Below, one piece after another: positions 36,490 through 50,539 of a stretch of 64,000 nt of DNA. Source of the stretch: Eledone cirrhosa. Lineage: Eukaryota. The notes under the pieces were generated by a model. That model made no database searches. It was not told where the DNA came from and was given only the letters and a program-made list of their open reading frames with translations. Numbering within the stretch: the first letter of the stretch is position 1; the number at the start of each line of letters is the position of its first letter. Both the position numbers and the translations under genes were made by a program. The stretch lies in the NCBI GenBank assembly GCA_964016885.1, contig OZ024742.1, forward strand, positions 269,390,001 through 269,454,000, in the 5' to 3' direction.

Positions 36490-39400
36490 CTAAAATCACC
36501 GGGGGTGATGAAATCAACGGTGGTTATGTAACCATACATTCACCAATCTTCGATATGAGTGTTTAAATGTCGAACATAAACAGTTCGAATAACGGTGAAG
36601 AGGAGACTGGAACGTTATGTGACAGACTGTCACTCAGCAAGTGTTCCCTGGCCCAGCAGAAGGGACCTGGCTGTCATCCAAATACTGCAGGTGTTGGAGG
36701 AAGAAGAAGGAAAGGGACAAGAACCAACTGGACGAAAGAATTGAATAGAACTGTTATGCAATTTTACCTGAAGAGTAACCCCAAGGAGAAAGGCTATAGG
36801 AAATGGATGCATAACATATGGAATTTTATTGGTCTATTTAAATTAGATGAACAAAAATTGGCCAGGCAGTCCCGGGTAATAAGAACTAATGGGTGGATAA
36901 GCGAGTTTGAACTGGAGGAACTGAGCAGAGAGATTAGGTTGGGAATGGAGAGTGGAGTGTGCCAGGCAAACGAGTCAGTGGGAAATGAAGGTGAAGAGGT
37001 TGAGAGACCGGAAGAACCATCCGAAGCAGACAATGATCTGAATGCTGACATAGATAACATCTGGAACAAAGATGCGGCCATTGAGGAAATGAATGCTGAC
37101 GGGCTAGGACAAGATTTGGTTGATATACCAAACTTAGTGGTAGATGAATTGAACAATGATAGTGGGAAACCTATGAACCTAAGATTTGTAGACAGGAGAA
37201 TATTAAAAGAAACAACAGCTAAGCTAAATAAAGTCATCCCATACCTTGAGGCGAGGAACCTGCACCAATGCAACAATATCCTCAAAGCAACAGCAAATTC
37301 GGTGAGGAAATTACTTGGCATAAAAACGAGAAGAAACAACAAACAAGAAAGATCAGAATCTTGGTGGAAGAAACGACTGAATGGTCAAGTCAGGGAAATG
37401 AGAAATGACATTGGAAAGCTTGAGTCCCGACTGAATGGGACACTAAAAAACATAGACACTAAAAATAGACTGGAAATAAAGTACAAAACTAGGAGGAAAA
37501 GGCTAAATATTATTATAGAGGAACGGAAGCAACGCATTGTAGCAAAGTGTGCAAAGATTAGGCGGTATGAGAGCAGAGTCAGTCAGTATAGTCAGAACCG
37601 CATGTTTGACAACAACCAGCAGATGTTGTTTGGGCAGCTTGAAGGGAAAGAAAGCGGCAACGACTGGATCCCTGAGGCGGAACAGACTAAGACATTCTGG
37701 AGAGGAATATGGGAGCAGGTTCTTGAACATAATGATCAGGCAGTGTGAATTGAGACAGTTCAAAAGGAGATTAGTGAACAAGGACACCAAGAAACTGATT
37801 TAAGTATCACAGTTGAAACTCTTAAAGGGCACGCCAGAAAACTAACCAACTGGAAATCAAAACTGACAACCATGTTCAATGACTGCTTCATGTGGGGTGA
37901 TGTACCATAGTGGTTGACAAAGGGTACCACAGTCCTGGTAATCAAGGCTAATGATGGTAACAACTATAGACCTATCACATGTCTGTCCGTAATGTGAAAA
38001 CTGTTAAAAAGCATCGTGTCTGAGGAAATCTACCATCACCTCCACACAAACAACTTGTTACCGGACGTACAGAATCGATGCCGAAAAAGTCCCGTGATAC
38101 AAAAGACCAGATACTTATTGATAAGAAGGTAACGAGGAATTGCAAGAGGAGACACACTAGTCATGCCATGGGATGGATATACTTCAAAAAGGCATTAAAC
38201 ATGGTACCTCATTATTGGATAACCAAAACGTAGAAATCTTTAAGGTTGCAGATAACATCAGACAGTTGTTGAGCAAAAGTATGACGTCCTGTGAAGCAGA
38301 ATTAACATCAGGTGGAGAATAATTGGGAGGCGTGAAGATCAAGAGATGTATCTTCCAGAGAGATAGTCAGAACCCTCTGATGTTTGTCCTTACCCTGATA
38401 CCCCTGACCATTATACTGCTAAAAGTGAGAGCAGGATACAGGTTGAGAAAAGGATAGCTTACCATCAACTATCACCTCTTCATGGACGATCTTAAACTCT
38501 TTGGGAAGAGTGAGAAGGAGTTGGATGTACTTCTTGACACTGTCCGTATTTTTAGCAGTGATATATGTATGCAATTTGGTATTAATAATTGTGGAGTCCT
38601 AGTGATCAAGAAGGGTAATTTGAGCAGAAGCAACGCAATTCAGGTACCAACAGGTGAGATGATAAAGGAGATTGACACTGAAGAAGGATACAAATATTTA
38701 GGTGTTCTGCAGGCAGATGACATCAAGAACAAAAAAATGAAGGAATTGAGAAGATATGAGTACATTAGGAGAGTAAGGGGCGTATTAAAATCACATCTAA
38801 ATAGTAGGAATGTCATAAGTGTAGTGAATTCCTGAGCTGTGTCTATTATTAGGTGCAGTGCGGGAATTCTGAAATGGAATGTTGCTGAACAAAAAGAAAT
38901 GGATAGGAAGACTAGGAAGCTCTTGACTAACTACAACAAGTTCCACAAGAGGAGAGATGTCGATAGATTCTACTTACAGAGATCTGAAGGGGGGAGAGGC
39001 CTTATTAACATAGAGGACTGTTCAGATGGAGAAAAAACAACCTGCATAAATACGTGACCGACAGTAGGGAGCCAATGTTCAGAAGTGTACTGAAGGAGAG
39101 AACAATAGACCAGGGGATTCCAAGGAGGAAATAACAACAAGAAGGAAGAGCAAGCTTCATGAAAAATCCCATCATTCTTTGAGAAAACTGAATTTAGAGA
39201 TCCACAGACCTCTGCATGGTAAATATGTGACCTGTAGCAAACAAGCTGAAATTTAGAGATCCACATACATGGAACTGGTTAAAAAGAGGAAACCTTAAAA
39301 AAAGCTACAGAAGGAATGCTAATGTCTGCGCAAGAGCAAGCCCTCAGAACGAAGTGGGTGAAACACCATATTGACAAGGAGGAGGCTAGCTCACTGCGTA

Positions 39401-40034
39401 GGATCTGTGGAGAGAGTATACTGTGGCTCACATTGTATCCGAGTGTAAACACCTAGCCCAGACTCACTATACAGTTTGGAGACATAATGGGCAGGGTGAT
39501 CCACTGGCACCTATGCAAAGTAAACAATTTACCATATTCTGAGAAGTGGTATGAGCATAAACCAGAGTCGGTGATAGAAAACGATCAGGTGAAGGTGCTC
39601 TGTGATTTTAGTATACAGATGAATAAGAAACTGGAACACAATAGGCCTGAACTGGTGGTTTTGGCCAAGGAAAAAAGATCGTGCCTGATTGTAGATGTAG
39701 CCGGCCCATTTGACACGAGAATGCAAGAAAAAGAGAGGGAGAAAATTTACCGATACCAGGACTTAAAATGGGAGGTAAAAAGGATTTGGAACTGCCATGA
39801 AGTCAGAGTCGTCCCGATTGTCAAATGCGCACTAGGTACTATCTCAAAGAGTTTCCAAGGATGGTTAAAGAAAGTTAGTCCAGCCCCGCTTTTTGGAACA
39901 CTTCAAAAGGCATGCTTGATGGGAATAGCAAGAACCCTCCGATACGTCCTGAATATCTGAGGCAGCAGGTAGAGGCTTGATATTCATTTCAACAAACTTT
40001 CCAGTTAAATAACATCAATGTCTGAGACTCAAAG
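36490..40034 (+). mobile_element. Dong family A, near full-length (ORF start 36567), disrupted; 5' limit approximate
   Basis: 393-aa N-terminal ORF (WTKELNRTVMQFY..WWKKRL), then degenerate RT and RLE. Ends in (TAA)n. Confidence 0.92.
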
Positions 40035-40041
40035 AACAATG

Positions 40042-40079
<38 letters not shown>

Positions 40080-40080
<1 letters not shown>

Positions 40081-43000
40081 CATTCTTTATTAACCACAAG
40101 GGTTTACCCGAAATAAGACATTAAGGACAATACAGGACAATAAAGGACAATACAGGACGGTACAAATGGGCATTTCTGCGTGTAAAATAAAAACAGAGGT
40201 TGTAACAAAAAGAATCAATGAACAATTCCCCAATAGGGGGGGAGACTTCCGAGGGTCATTCGTGGAGAAAGCCCATTAAAAAAGCCATGTCGACCCTGAT
40301 CACCTGCGCAAGAGCCCTCTCCAAGTTGTCCACCTTTAATTCACAGGCGCATACTCAGATTAGGCCCATTCACTCGGGCTATTCTTGCCTCTATCACCCA
40401 TCCTTCAACGAAATGCTGGGAAGAGAGCACTTCCCTCTCTACTCTGATTTTCCTTTTCAAATGAAATTTAAAAAAGTTAATCAGGGCATCACCGAAGAGG
40501 TAAGTGCTCGTCTTCAGCCCTTTAAAACGTGTCCACCATACTATGTCTTTCGCCATGGCCACCATACAGATACAAATTGCCTGCCCTTCCCGGCTAAAGG
40601 AAGAGGGCGGGGCAATACTCACGATGGAGTCAGATGATAGCCGGATCCGTCCTACACGCGACAGCAGGTGTTCGACATAAACCCACAAGTCAGCAATGCT
40701 CGGACACTGGACGAGTGCGTACAGGACGGTTTCCTAGCCTTGCGCGCATCTCGGACATGCTCGGCTGTCAGCACCTCCATGCCTGTAGAGTTTATCCCGA
40801 ACTGGCACATCTGCTCGGTAGCACTGCCAGGCCAGGGATTTCTGGAAGTTGTCCATAGGCCCACCCGAATGTTCTTCCGAAGAGATGTGCTCGTTGAGTT
40901 TCGCCAAGTACGTCGTCGCTCTTCTCCTCCACTATACCACTATTGAACGCCAAGTTGGAGTTTCCACCGATCACATTGCCCGACTAGTCTAGGGCTGTGA
41001 ACACCAGAAGACATTCAAGTCTCCAAGCGCTCCCTCTCTGTCTTCGCTTGAACCAAGTCTGCACATCCGCCAAGGAGACGAGCTGGGTTGATGCGTCTAG
41101 CAAACGGCGACCATCCTGATCACCGTCGAGGAAGAGTTGGAGATGTCGTATCCTGAGCGTGTGTCTGCGCATCATCAGCCACGGCTTGCCCAGCCCTCCA
41201 CGTAGCGGGTGATGACAGCAGATGGACCACCTGACCATCGGAGCGCGTCCCTTCCACAAAAAGCGAAAGAGCAAACGCTCCAGCTCAGTCAGGCAAGGCT
41301 TAGGACAAGGTTCGACGGTCAGGCGGTAGTAGATGACGGACGCGATGTACGCAATCGCCACCTCCGCTCGACCTTTCAGGGATAGCTTCCACCCCGCCCA
41401 TTTCTGGGTGAGAGAAGTCACCCTGCTCCTCACCTCGTCCCAGATGTTATTCCCTCCGGAGGTCCGGACCGAATCAGGTCCCTAGCGATTAACCGGTCCC
41501 TCCGTCGAGCCCCCGACGACGCTGTTGGACGGCATGGACCCGCCTCTCCACATGCCGTGATGCAGGCCCACCGACTTTTCCTGGTTGATCATAGCTCCTG
41601 TCACCATTTCGTGTTCTCGTAGTGTAGTGCCGATCGCCTCGATGTGTTTGGCGTTCGACACCACTACGGTGACATCATCCGCATGTGCTGACACGTATTT
41701 TCCGCATCCTAGTTCGCGCGGGACTCTTCTCAACGTCTCCAGTTTGTGCAGTAATGGCTCGAGAGTCAATACGTACGAGAGGGACGGGAGGAGACATCCT
41801 TCGCGGGCGGAGTGCATGATGTTGAACGGTTCCGAAAGGTGACCGTTCACTCTCACGACAGAGCAGATGTCGCTGTGCATGGCATTAATCCAGCCTTTGA
41901 AGACGGGCCCAAAGCCAGCCAACCTCAGGAATGCCGCCAGATAACGATGGTCGACACTATCGAAAGCTTTCGACTTATCAAGGACCCACCCGTTGCAGGT
42001 TCCCTAACTACCCTCTCCACGATGTATCGCATGAGGTCGAGGTTGTCGTGGATGGAGCTGTCTGGAATGGCGCATGTCTGCGCCTCTCCCACCAGAACAC
42101 CAATGACAAGCGCCAACCTCTTTGCTAGCACTTGGCCAAAATCTTGAACTCTGTGTTAGGCAGAGTTATGGGCCTGAAATTATCTATGTTATCCACTCGT
42201 TCGGATCCTTTCTCAGCAGCGCCATCGCTCCACGGCTCACAGAGCTGGAAATGTTTCCCTGTCTCTTGTCAGTTGCAGTAGATATCCGCTAAGAAGCCTC
42301 CGAACTAGTCTGGCCTCTGTACGTAATGTTCATAGGGCAGACCATCCAAACCAGACGATTCACTCCTTGTGCAGCCAGTCATTGCCTCCCGTACTTCAGC
42401 AGCTGATATCGGCTTTTTGTAACACTCCGCCTCAGTGGACGAGAGCTGCGGCAGTCCGTCGAGGTAGGCAGTAAAGTCCATCCCTCGATCCGGCCCGCCG
42501 AAAAGCTTCGCACATTTGCATTGGATCGAATAGCATGCGCCCGCCGTGGTCCACCAAAGACCGGATTGTGGCTCTGTTGCCCCGACGCGCCTCCGCAACT
42601 CTGGCCAATTGAACGGCTTTCGTCCCGTCGTGTCTGAGAGCACGCCCCCTAGCTCTGACAAAGCAGCCTTCGTGCTTTGCATTGAAGAATTGTTCGAAGG
42701 CTAATTTCGCCGAAAGTACGTCGGTCGTGATGTATTTACTAAGCGCCTCGCCTAATTTCCTAACAAGTTCTCTATATGCTCTATTTTTCTCTATGGCTAA
42801 AGCCTTACTAAACCTAATGGACTCTATTCTTATCGCTCTTTTCAGAGAAAACCACCATTTTTTGTAGACGATGGCCCGCGTCAACGCCCGCTTAACTAGT
42901 TCGCTAATCCGGTCACTGTAGGCCATGCGCGCTGTTAATGACGCGTTTAGTTTCCAGTAGCCGAGTCCCTGTCTATGAAGCCTAAGTCAACCTCACAGAT

Positions 43001-45620
43001 CATGAATTTGTGGTCCGTATAGTCGACAATTTTGAAATGTGTGCAGCCTATGCTAGACCTATCTATTTGCCTATAAAATACCCTATCTAGATATGATCTG
43101 GATGACCCGATGCGGTTTGTCCATGTCCACATTGGCATATTCTGGATATCCAGACGATACCTATCAGACAATTGATCCCGTCTGAGCAGGTTTGCGAGGC
43201 TTTTGCATCCTCCTCCCATATCCGCTAATCACACACAGTCCCAGCGTACATCTAAGATCCCGTTACAGTCACCCACTAACACTAAAGAGGCGACGTTCCA
43301 AGAAAGGTCTCCAGACCTCGGAAGAAATCAGCAGGCGGCCCTGCTCCTGTGGGAGCATAGACGGCTACTAGCCTGAAAGCTTGTGCGTCTGTGCTGGTCA
43401 CGTCCACCAACTTACCTTCTGGGTCTAGGAATATGGGCCGTATGGCGAGTGCCAAACCTCTCCAAAAAAGCACCGCAACTCCCCCCTCCCCCGATACAGG
43501 ACGGCTTAGAAATGCGTACACATCGTAGCCGCCATAGACCCAGCGCGAAGGCACGGGTTCGGAGATTCTGGTCTCCCTGATGGCCAACACATCTATGCTT
43601 AGTGACCTGAAGTCGTTGAGCAGGTGGCCCTGTTTCCATGCTCATTTATGCTGCCTATTCTGAGTGAGGTCATGTTGAAAAGGAGTGGATAAAGATGGGA
43701 AAGACCACTTACCTCACTTCTCGTAGAGGAAGTATGGTTTATCCATCCTTCTCAGAGCTTGTGGCCTCCTCCGGAAGGATGTCCTAATAAATCCTCCTGG
43801 AGAGTGTTTGTCGGAAGTCCCGCTGTTTTGGGGATTTTTTTGTTTTAGTGTCCTGTACGTTTTCTTGTGGAGGTGGTGTGAATTTTTGGGGTGTTGTGTA
43901 GTCTTCTTCTGTGATGCTGGTGCTGTGTTGGATGTAGTGTAATAATTGGTTGTTGATCAAATTTAATGCTATGTAACTTGAATCATTTTGCTTGTTTTGT
44001 TTTGTCTGCGTTTGCTGTGGGTTTGTTTCTGTTTCGGTTTTTGGTGATTTTTGTGAGGTTAATGCTGTTGATGGTGTTGGTGTTTGTGGTGATGGGGTTG
44101 GTGATGCTGGTGAAGGTGATGGCATAGCTGTCTTAACTTTTTTGTTTGTTTGTTTATTTTTTTCCCTCTGCATTTTGTTTTTGGAGGGCGAAAGAAGGGG
44201 ATTTTTGGGGATGGGTTATTTTTTGTTTTTTTCTTTTTTCCTGATACAGTTTTCCATTCCTCGTCGTCACAATTTGTCTCCAGTTGTGATACGTCAGGGA
44301 GTGGGAATCCTGCACAAGCGTTGGTTTTGGTTATGGTGTGGTGGATGGTGGAGGCGCTGGTTCTAATTTGGCTTGGTGGGTGATGGTGGTGTTGGTTTTG
44401 CTACTATTGATGGGGCTGTTGCTGCTACAGTTACATCTGTTGTTGCTGCCACAGTTGTTGCTGCCATTTCTGCTGCTAGTTTTGATGGTTGAGTCACTGG
44501 GGTGGGTAGGACAGGTGGCCTCAACTTTTTAGCCTGAGGGGAGAAAGCCTTTAGGTGGATTCCTTCGCCACAAATGACACACCTAGGCCTTCTACCCTCA
44601 ACGATTACGGTGAGGTGGCTGCCGTCATTGAGGTCTATCACCTCTGGAATTTCCCCTATGTATTTTTGGTATGCTTGGATCAGAAGCTCCATCCCAGATC
44701 CGAACCAGTTCTCCTGCTTTACTTTTATTACTTCAATTACTTTAGTGTTGGCCTCGATATCGGAGAGGACGGCATCCATTAGCCAGCAAATTTCAATGGC
44801 CGGTGGAACGTGGGTCACCCTGATCTTGAAGAGTCTCTGGCCACGATAGTGTGAACTCGTCACTTCTTAATGGGGCCATGGAGTGCTCTCTGGCTTCCTG
44901 TGGAGTTTCAAGGAACACGTCCACGTTTCCATATTTCTGACTACGTCTGATGTGGGTTTTTTGCGCCCACACATGTCCCAATGCTTTTTTTTATCTTGGA
45001 CTCGGGTGCCCGTTCCATTCGGCGTGATTGTGTGTTTATCGTCTGATATGACGCGGTGCATAGGCGCCGATGCTCCATTTTATTATATGGGTGGGGGGAG
45101 TCTGAACATGTACCCATCTTTTTTTACCATTCTCTTGGCTTCATTCAATTCATCCTGGCTTACCCCCGATGGTTTCGCTTTTCTTGGCTGTTTTGGCAAA
45201 CGACACACTTTATTTTGCGCTGAAGTTGATGTTTTTGTTGTTATTCTCATTGTTCTTGTTGTTGCTGTTGTTGTTATTGTTATTTTTGTTATTATTATTT
45301 TTAGTTTCGGATGTGGTGGTGGTGGTGTCAGTGGTGTTCGGCGTGGAAGAGTCGATTCTGTGTGAATCCATTTCGATGTCACGAGATGGTAATTTATTTT
45401 TTGAGTCTGTTGTCGCTGTGATGGTGGTGTTGGGGGTATTATTGGTGTTTGTTATTCTCAGGCGGCTTTAACACCTGTAGTTATTGGTTAAGGCGGGAAA
45501 TGAATTTCTACATTTAACAAATTTAAATTGTTGCCACTGCTTATATTTTTACTGTTGGCAATCGTGGTAATGTTTACAATGGTGGTGTGGTGGGAGATGT
45601 TAGTCTGTTAGGAAGGCTGC
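40080..45620 (-). mobile_element. Tx1-type element, degenerate, 5' part of ORF1 eroded
   Basis: 3' UTR abuts (TAA)n at 40035-40079. ORF2 starts at 43673. ORF1 knuckle RPRCVICGEGIHLKAF. Confidence 0.9.
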
Positions 45621-45629
45621 CAGCTTTGT

Positions 45630-48600
45630 GTGGCTGAACGCAGAGCAGGCCCATTATCAAGGGATATGCTTATCTCTCACCAATCTTTCAACAAATGTAT
45701 TGGAAGGAAGCAGTTGCCTCTCCACACTGATTTTCTTTTTCTAATAAAATTTGAAAAGCGTAATCAGAGCTTCACTGAAGTTTTAACTGCTCGTCTTCAC
45801 CCCTTTCACACCTGTCCACCACATGATTTCCAGCAGGCAGAAAATAAATTGCCTGCCCTTCCCAGATAAATGAAGGTAGTGGGACAATCTTTATTATGGA
45901 CACAGCTGATAGCCGGATCCGTCCTACACGCGGTAGGAATTCTTTTTTACAGAAACCCACAATTCAGCAAAGCTCGGTCACTCGATGTGTGCGTATAGGA
46001 GGTTTTATTTTCTCTGCATGCATCTCGGACAAATCCGGTTGGCGTCAAGTCCATGACTCAAGAGTATATCCCGAACTTGCAAACTTCTTCGGTAGCATTT
46101 CTAGGCCAGGGATTTCTGGAAATTGTCCATCGGCCCCGGCCCGAACATTCTCCGGAAGCGGTTGTCAAGTTGATTCTCATCCGCCAAGTAGGAGTTTTCT
46201 CCGATCGTAGTGCTCGATTGGATGAAGGCTGTAAGCGCCGGAAAACATTCCAGTAACTAATGTCTTTTACTTGAACCAGGACTGCAACTCCGTCAAATAC
46301 ATCAGCAGGCGATAAATGGTTCAAGCAAATGCCGACGACACATGTTCACAATGAAGGATTAGCTGAAGATATCGTAGCCTCACCACATGCTTTCACATTA
46401 TTTGCGACCGTATACCAATCGATTCATTTAGCGGGTATTGACAGCAGATAGACCACCTGACCATCGGTGCGCGTCCATTCCAGAGCAAAGCGAACGACCA
46501 AACGCTCCAGTGCAGTCACACTATATTTAGGATATGATGAGGTCGGTAGTATATGACTGCCGTGATGTACGAGTTTGCCACTTCCGCTTGACCTTTCATA
46601 GAAAACATTCTCTAAGCCAATTTCTGGGTGAAAGTAGTAACGCTGCTCGTCACCTGTCCGTGTTTTTCTCCATTTGGATGTATGGACCAAACCAGGCAGC
46701 TATCAATTTAACTGGTCTATCCGTTCAACGCTAAACACACTGTTGGACGGCATGGACATTTTTCTCAATAATTTGAGCTGCGGGCTCTCTGACGTTTCCT
46801 GGTTAACTTTTGCTCCCAAAACCACCTCATCCTCATTCTGTGTTTGGTGTTCGACACTACGGTGAATTAATCCGCAAAATCTGACACGGTTCTCTCGGAT
46901 CACAGGTAATGGAGATGGATCTGTTTGGAATGGCGCATATCCACGTCTCACACATCAGAAACCCGACATATATACCGTCGCTAATTCCTTGGCCAAATTA
47001 TTGTATTCGATGTTGTCCACCTTTTTCGGGTCCTAAGCAGTGCCACCACTCCTCGGCGCACAGAGCTGGGGTTTCTCCCGTTCTGCAGCGAGTTGCAGTA
47101 GACGTCCGAAAAATTTCACCGAAAAAATCTGGTATATGTACGTAAATCTCATAGGGCAGAGAATCCACACATGGCGATTTACCAATCATGCAGCTAGTTA
47201 TTGCATCCCGTACTTCAGCGACTGGAATTAGCTTTTGGCAACACTCCGCCACAGTGGTCGAAGGCCGCTGCAGACCCTCGACGTAGGCACTCAAATTAAT
47301 TCTGCCATCCGGCCTGTTGCTGCTCCCGAATAGCTGAGCAAGTGCTGATGAAATTCTCCACACATTAGCCCGGGATCGTGTCACATGCGCCCTTCGTAAT
47401 CCGCCAAACACAGGATCGTGGATTTTTGACATGATACCCTCCACCACACGTTCGCATCCAATCTCTTTCATCCCTTCGTGTCTCAGAGCACGTATTCTAG
47501 CTGTGATACCGGAGCCGTCGTGGTTCACTCTGAAGAATTATTCTAGGGCCAATCCCACCACAAGCACATTGGTTTCAATGCCTTTAATAAGAGTGTCATC
47601 TAATTTTCTAACTAGTTCTTCAACTCTATTTATCTATATTACTACTCTATGTATCTCTAATTGCTGATGATTGACCCCGTTGACACCTGCTTAACTAATT
47701 CACTAATACAGTCTATGTAGACTTTGTACGCCGTGAACGAAGCGTTTAGCTTCTATTAGCCTGTCCCAGTCTATGAAGCCTATCTAAGTCGATAAAATAG
47801 CTCACATATCTATGGTCCGTGTAACTGATTATCTTGAATTGCTGACAACCTCAGCTAGAACTATTTAGATGTGTTGTCCACATTGCCATATTCGGTAAAT
47901 CCAGTCGGCCCTTACCAGATAGTCTGAGCAATCTTGCGAGGCATTTACACCCTCTTTCTCTATCCGCTTGTCCCACACAGTTCAAGCGTTCGCCAAATAT
48001 CCTGTTGCAATAGCCCAATAACATTAAAGAGTGGCGTGATCCTATGAAATTCTCCAGTCTCCTGAAGAAATGAGGCTCTCCTTCCACAGTTGGGGCATAA
48101 AAAACCACTAGCCTGAAAGCATAGTCTTCGCTGCTGGTCAGGTCCAGCACCAGTGACTTACCTTCTGCGTCCATGAAAATTGTCTGTACCACGAAATCCA
48201 GGCCTTTCGTAACAACACAGTGACACCACCTCTAGATCCGGAGTGGGTAAAAATGGGGGAGAATGCTTATGCCTCGGAAATTCTCGTCTCGCTGATGGCC
48301 ATTGCATCTATGTTCATTTACCTGATGTCTAAGAGCAGGTGACCCTGATTTCATGACGACCCTAAGACATGTACCATTACGCTGCCTATTCTAAGTAAGG
48401 CAATTTTGAACAAGAGCAGAAAAAGGTAGCAAATGGCACTTACCTCATTTCTGTGGAACACGGATGGTGTCTCCGTCTTACTGGCTGGTTATTGTTCACT
48501 CTGCAAGGATGTCTTTGTACATCTTCGGGAGAGTTTTTCAGGAAAATCACCAGTGTCATTGGGGAATATTTATTTTAGAATAATTTATGTATTTTGGGAG

Positions 48601-50360
48601 ATGCGTGATATTTGTATGAGTGAATTCTTTGAGTATTGTGTGGTCTTTTTTCTCTGGTGCTGGTGTTGGGCTGGGTGTAGCAAAATAATTCTTTGTTGTT
48701 CGTGTTCTCAAACTGAATAGTCCGTTGCAGTTTTATTGTTTTATTGTTTTTGCATTTTCTATTGCTGTGCTTGTGGGGTTGATTCTCTTTGGCCTGTTGT
48801 TGGAATTTGTTGTGATTTTGTGGTGATTATGTTGGGGTTGATGATGCTGATTATGTTAGTGTTTGTGGTGGTGGGGCTGGTGCTAATGGTGTGGTTGTTG
48901 GTGGTGGTGATGGCGTTGATGTTCTTGCGGGTTTTATGCTTGGTAGTTTCACCTTCATTTTGTAGGACGAAGGAAGAATCTTCCTTTTTTACCCGTTTCC
49001 ATCGCTTCTCCTCGTCACAATCCGTTTCCAGTTTGGAGAGGTCTGGGAGTGGCATGTCATCCAAAGATGATTGTGTTGTTTGTGACTTGGTGGATGGTGG
49101 TTGCGCCGCTGGCGTGATGGGTCGAGGTGGTGCTTTTGCTAACGTTACTGCTGCTGTTGTTGTTGGTCGAATCAGTACAGGACTTTGTATAAGCAGATGT
49201 GGCGTTAATATTTTGCCCAATTCCTAAGGGCAGAAATCGTTTTGGGGTGTGTAATACCAGCACACGTGACACTATGGCTTTTTACACTCGACGGTCACCT
49301 TGAGGTGGCTGTCTTCATCGAGGTCTATTACTTTTGGAGTTTCTTGAATCTTTTTCTTCTACGCTTTGATCAGGATCACCATTTCTGATTTATTGTTGTT
49401 CTATTTTGAATATCTCAATAATTTTCGAGTCGTCCTCTATGTCAACGAGGACCGCAGCCATCCCGAAGGGAATTACTATTATTGGTGGAACGTGGGTCCG
49501 TCTTCCTCTTGAGAGAAATTGTCCGGCGTAGCTTGGGTCCAGATTGAACTCACTGAACTCATCACTCTTTAGTGGTGTCATAGAATGTTCTCTCCATTTC
49601 TGTGTTTTTGCAAGGACACGTCTGCGGTTCCACACCTTTCTCCACGTGTTATGTGGGATCTTGAGCTCACACATGTCTCAAACCTTTTGAATCTGTGACA
49701 CACTTCCCTGATGTTTGATGGAAGAGTGAGGTTGACCCTGTGTCCATTTTGTTTAGCATTTGCCTGGCCTAGTGGGTCAATGTGAATGTTCCATTTTCGG
49801 TTTGCAGCTTTTACAAAATAGGCGTTTGGTCTAGTGCTGCTATTCGTTTTAGTGTACTGCTGTTGCCGCTGTTGATGTTGTTGTTTTAGCTATTTGTGTT
49901 GTCGTCCTTGTCGGTGCTACTGTCATTTTTAATATTTGCTTCTATTATAATTAGTGTTGCATTGTTGGTGGTGTAGTTGTCTATGTTCTTATTATTTTGT
50001 ATTCCCGTGGTTAGCTGTGTTGGTTTTAATTATTTTTTGTTTCAGTTGTTGTTGATGTTGTTAATTTGGTAGTAGTAGTGGTGGTGGTAGTAGTAGTGGT
50101 AGTGGCGGGTGTGTTCGTGGTATTCGACTTATTGACGACATTGTGGTGTTCAAGTAGTTAAATATTATTGTCAAAGGTTGAAAAACCATTTTGTTAGCAG
50201 TTGCAGCACAGGATATAATTTGTTTATTGTTATTGTTCTTGTTGTTTTCAGCTATGCTTTATGTAGTGTTGATAATGGTAGCAAAGTTCAACATGGTATT
50301 GGTGGGAGCTGTGTCGAAGTTTCAGCTGTTGTCACGTGACAGTTGGCTTAGCACTGGCTG
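45630..50360 (-). mobile_element. Older, more diverged Tx1-type element lacking its 3' UTR; limits approximate
   Basis: Degenerate homology to ORF2 (FRLVVFYAP, GKSPCVDSLPYE) and to ORF1 (LPDLSKLETDCDEE, THVPP). Confidence 0.82.
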
Positions 50361-50539
50361 ACGTATTCCATCTATATATTCTGACAGAATAAACTTCAAA
50401 TATTTGTGCCGAAGGCCAAATTATTATGTAATATCCTTTTTAGAGAGCAATATATATGAACTTATCAACATTTTAAAATACACATTTCCCACCACTAACA
50501 ATTCAAAACATCTCAAACAGGAACCTTTTGGTTTTCACA

